Shown in pieces: positions 63,774-64,000 of a stretch of DNA of 64,000 nt. The notes under the pieces were generated by a model, which did not search any database, was not told where the DNA came from, and saw only the letters and a program-made list of their open reading frames with translations. The DNA comes from Octopus vulgaris (taxonomy: Eukaryota). The DNA is taken from the NCBI GenBank assembly GCA_951406725.2, contig OX597814.1, forward strand, positions 70,060,001-70,124,000, written 5' to 3'. Numbering within the stretch: position 1 is the first letter of the stretch; every line of letters starts with the position of its first letter. A program made the position numbers and the translations under genes.

Positions 63774-64000
63774 TTAACCCTTTAGCATTTAAACTGGCCA
63801 TATCTAGCCCAAATATTCTACCTTTTATGTTAAAACTGGCCAGATCCAGGCTCTCATATCTACCTTACAATGTCAATCTAAAATTAAGGAATCATATCAT
63901 TGAAATCTCAAAGCTACACGATAAAGCATGATTAATTCAAAACAATATAATAAATTACATTTCCCTGAGTAATCTTCATTAATACAAAACAACCATTTGC
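63774..64000. mobile_element. Probable piggyBac-type MITE end
   Basis: TTAA followed by CCCTTTAGCATTTAAAC. Runs off the end of the window. Confidence 0.45.

Overview
Eukaryotic, AT- and microsatellite-rich animal DNA. The repeat families (tRNA-derived SINEs, RTE with a (GAT)n tail) look like those of an octopus or other cephalopod; this is inference. Most of the window is intronic sequence of one + strand host gene. Three small exons (6052-6114, 41945-42054, 63471-63558) splice in frame to an 87-aa stretch resembling the C-terminal helical/dimerisation region of CARMIL (LRRC16-like). The introns are packed with mobile DNA: RTE, CR1/L2-like, R4/Dong-like and L1/Tx1-ORF1 non-LTR elements, at least five Penelope-like elements (PLEs), a decayed Ty3/Gypsy element, Tc1/mariner copies, non-autonomous Helitrons and SINEs. 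The most striking structure is 25.7-39.9 kb. There, very long (TA)n arrays alternate with young elements (one RTE, two PLEs, one non-coding unit). The two PLEs and the non-coding unit end in type I hammerhead-ribozyme motifs, several with non-canonical cores, followed by a short tail and (TA)n. A 100-N assembly gap lies inside this cluster. Family assignments come from motif recognition only; no searches were run.
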